A DNA stretch of 64,000 bases, taken from positions 8,324 to 72,323 of the forward strand of contig SVTC01000008.1 of the NCBI GenBank assembly GCA_015063985.1, given 5' to 3'. Under the pieces are notes generated by a model that worked only from the letters and a program-made list of their open reading frames with translations, was not told the DNA's origin and ran no database searches. The stretch comes from Oscillospiraceae bacterium (GTDB taxonomy: Bacteria > Bacillota > Clostridia > Oscillospirales > SIG627). This document shows positions 63,927-64,000 of the stretch, in pieces (positions within the stretch are counted from its first letter, which is position 1; every line of letters begins with the position of its first letter). Position numbers and translations under genes: made by a program.

Positions 63927-64000
63927 ATGAGTGTTAAGGATATCGTTGTTAAAAGATTCAAGGAGCTTTGCGATGCAAAAAATATCAAGTTAAACGAGCT
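63927..64000 (+). CDS. N-terminal fragment, possibly an XRE-type HTH protein (runs off the right window edge)
   Basis: ATG 63927. MSVKDIVVKRFKELCDAKNIKLNEL resembles the start of Cro/CI-type HTH regulators. Only 24 codons are visible. Confidence 0.3.
   Translation, partial: MSVKDIVVKRFKELCDAKNIKLNE

Overview
This 64 kb window looks like chromosomal DNA from a spore-forming Firmicute, probably Clostridia given spoVT, group II ECF transporter genes and DUF5711-type genes. That taxonomy is inference. Coding density is high and I found no rRNA, tRNA, CRISPR array, integrase or transposase by eye.

Layout:
- 1-25 kb is mostly minus-strand housekeeping: Nif3/TrmK, a Clp-family AAA+ ATPase, PgsA, CvpA, TruA, EcfT/A/A', RuvCAB, GalK and RlmH.
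- 25-30 kb holds two tandem orphan solute-binding lipoproteins.
- 30-34 kb holds PrmA, Pgi and a DHFR-EEP fusion.
- 34-45 kb is a glycan-utilisation cluster: FucI, DeoR, a GH20-like protein, an SGNH esterase, GH38 and GH2.
- 45-51 kb holds an ECF sigma with a beta-propeller anti-sigma-like protein, an M16 peptidase, WecB and SpoVT.
- 51.3-61.3 kb is a clearly accessory, nested-insertion region.

The best candidate for something new is a 2.66 kb AT-rich islet at 51368-54028, about 30% G+C by hand count against about 50-58% in the flanks. It sits immediately upstream of spoVT and is bracketed by direct repeats of the spoVT start and promoter. It encodes a 251-aa protein with a class III nucleotidyl-cyclase / palm-domain motif pattern. 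It also encodes a 477-aa protein ending in a Vsr/DUF559-like PD-(D/E)XK nuclease domain. I propose these as a two-gene defence-type module, possibly signalling, with no match I can name among described systems.

Other points worth a second look:
- a conserved promoter module and an identical 46-bp hairpin framing two unrelated small AT-rich genes
- an odd short-repeat / mini-hairpin array between inverted terminator-like repeats at 25.6-26.0 kb
- an intact P-type ATPase homologue with every catalytic motif degenerated, translationally coupled to the Clp ATPase
- two unusual domain fusions: esterase + HxxxDG acyltransferase, and DHFR + EEP phosphoesterase

All functional calls come from motifs read by eye. 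No database search was run.
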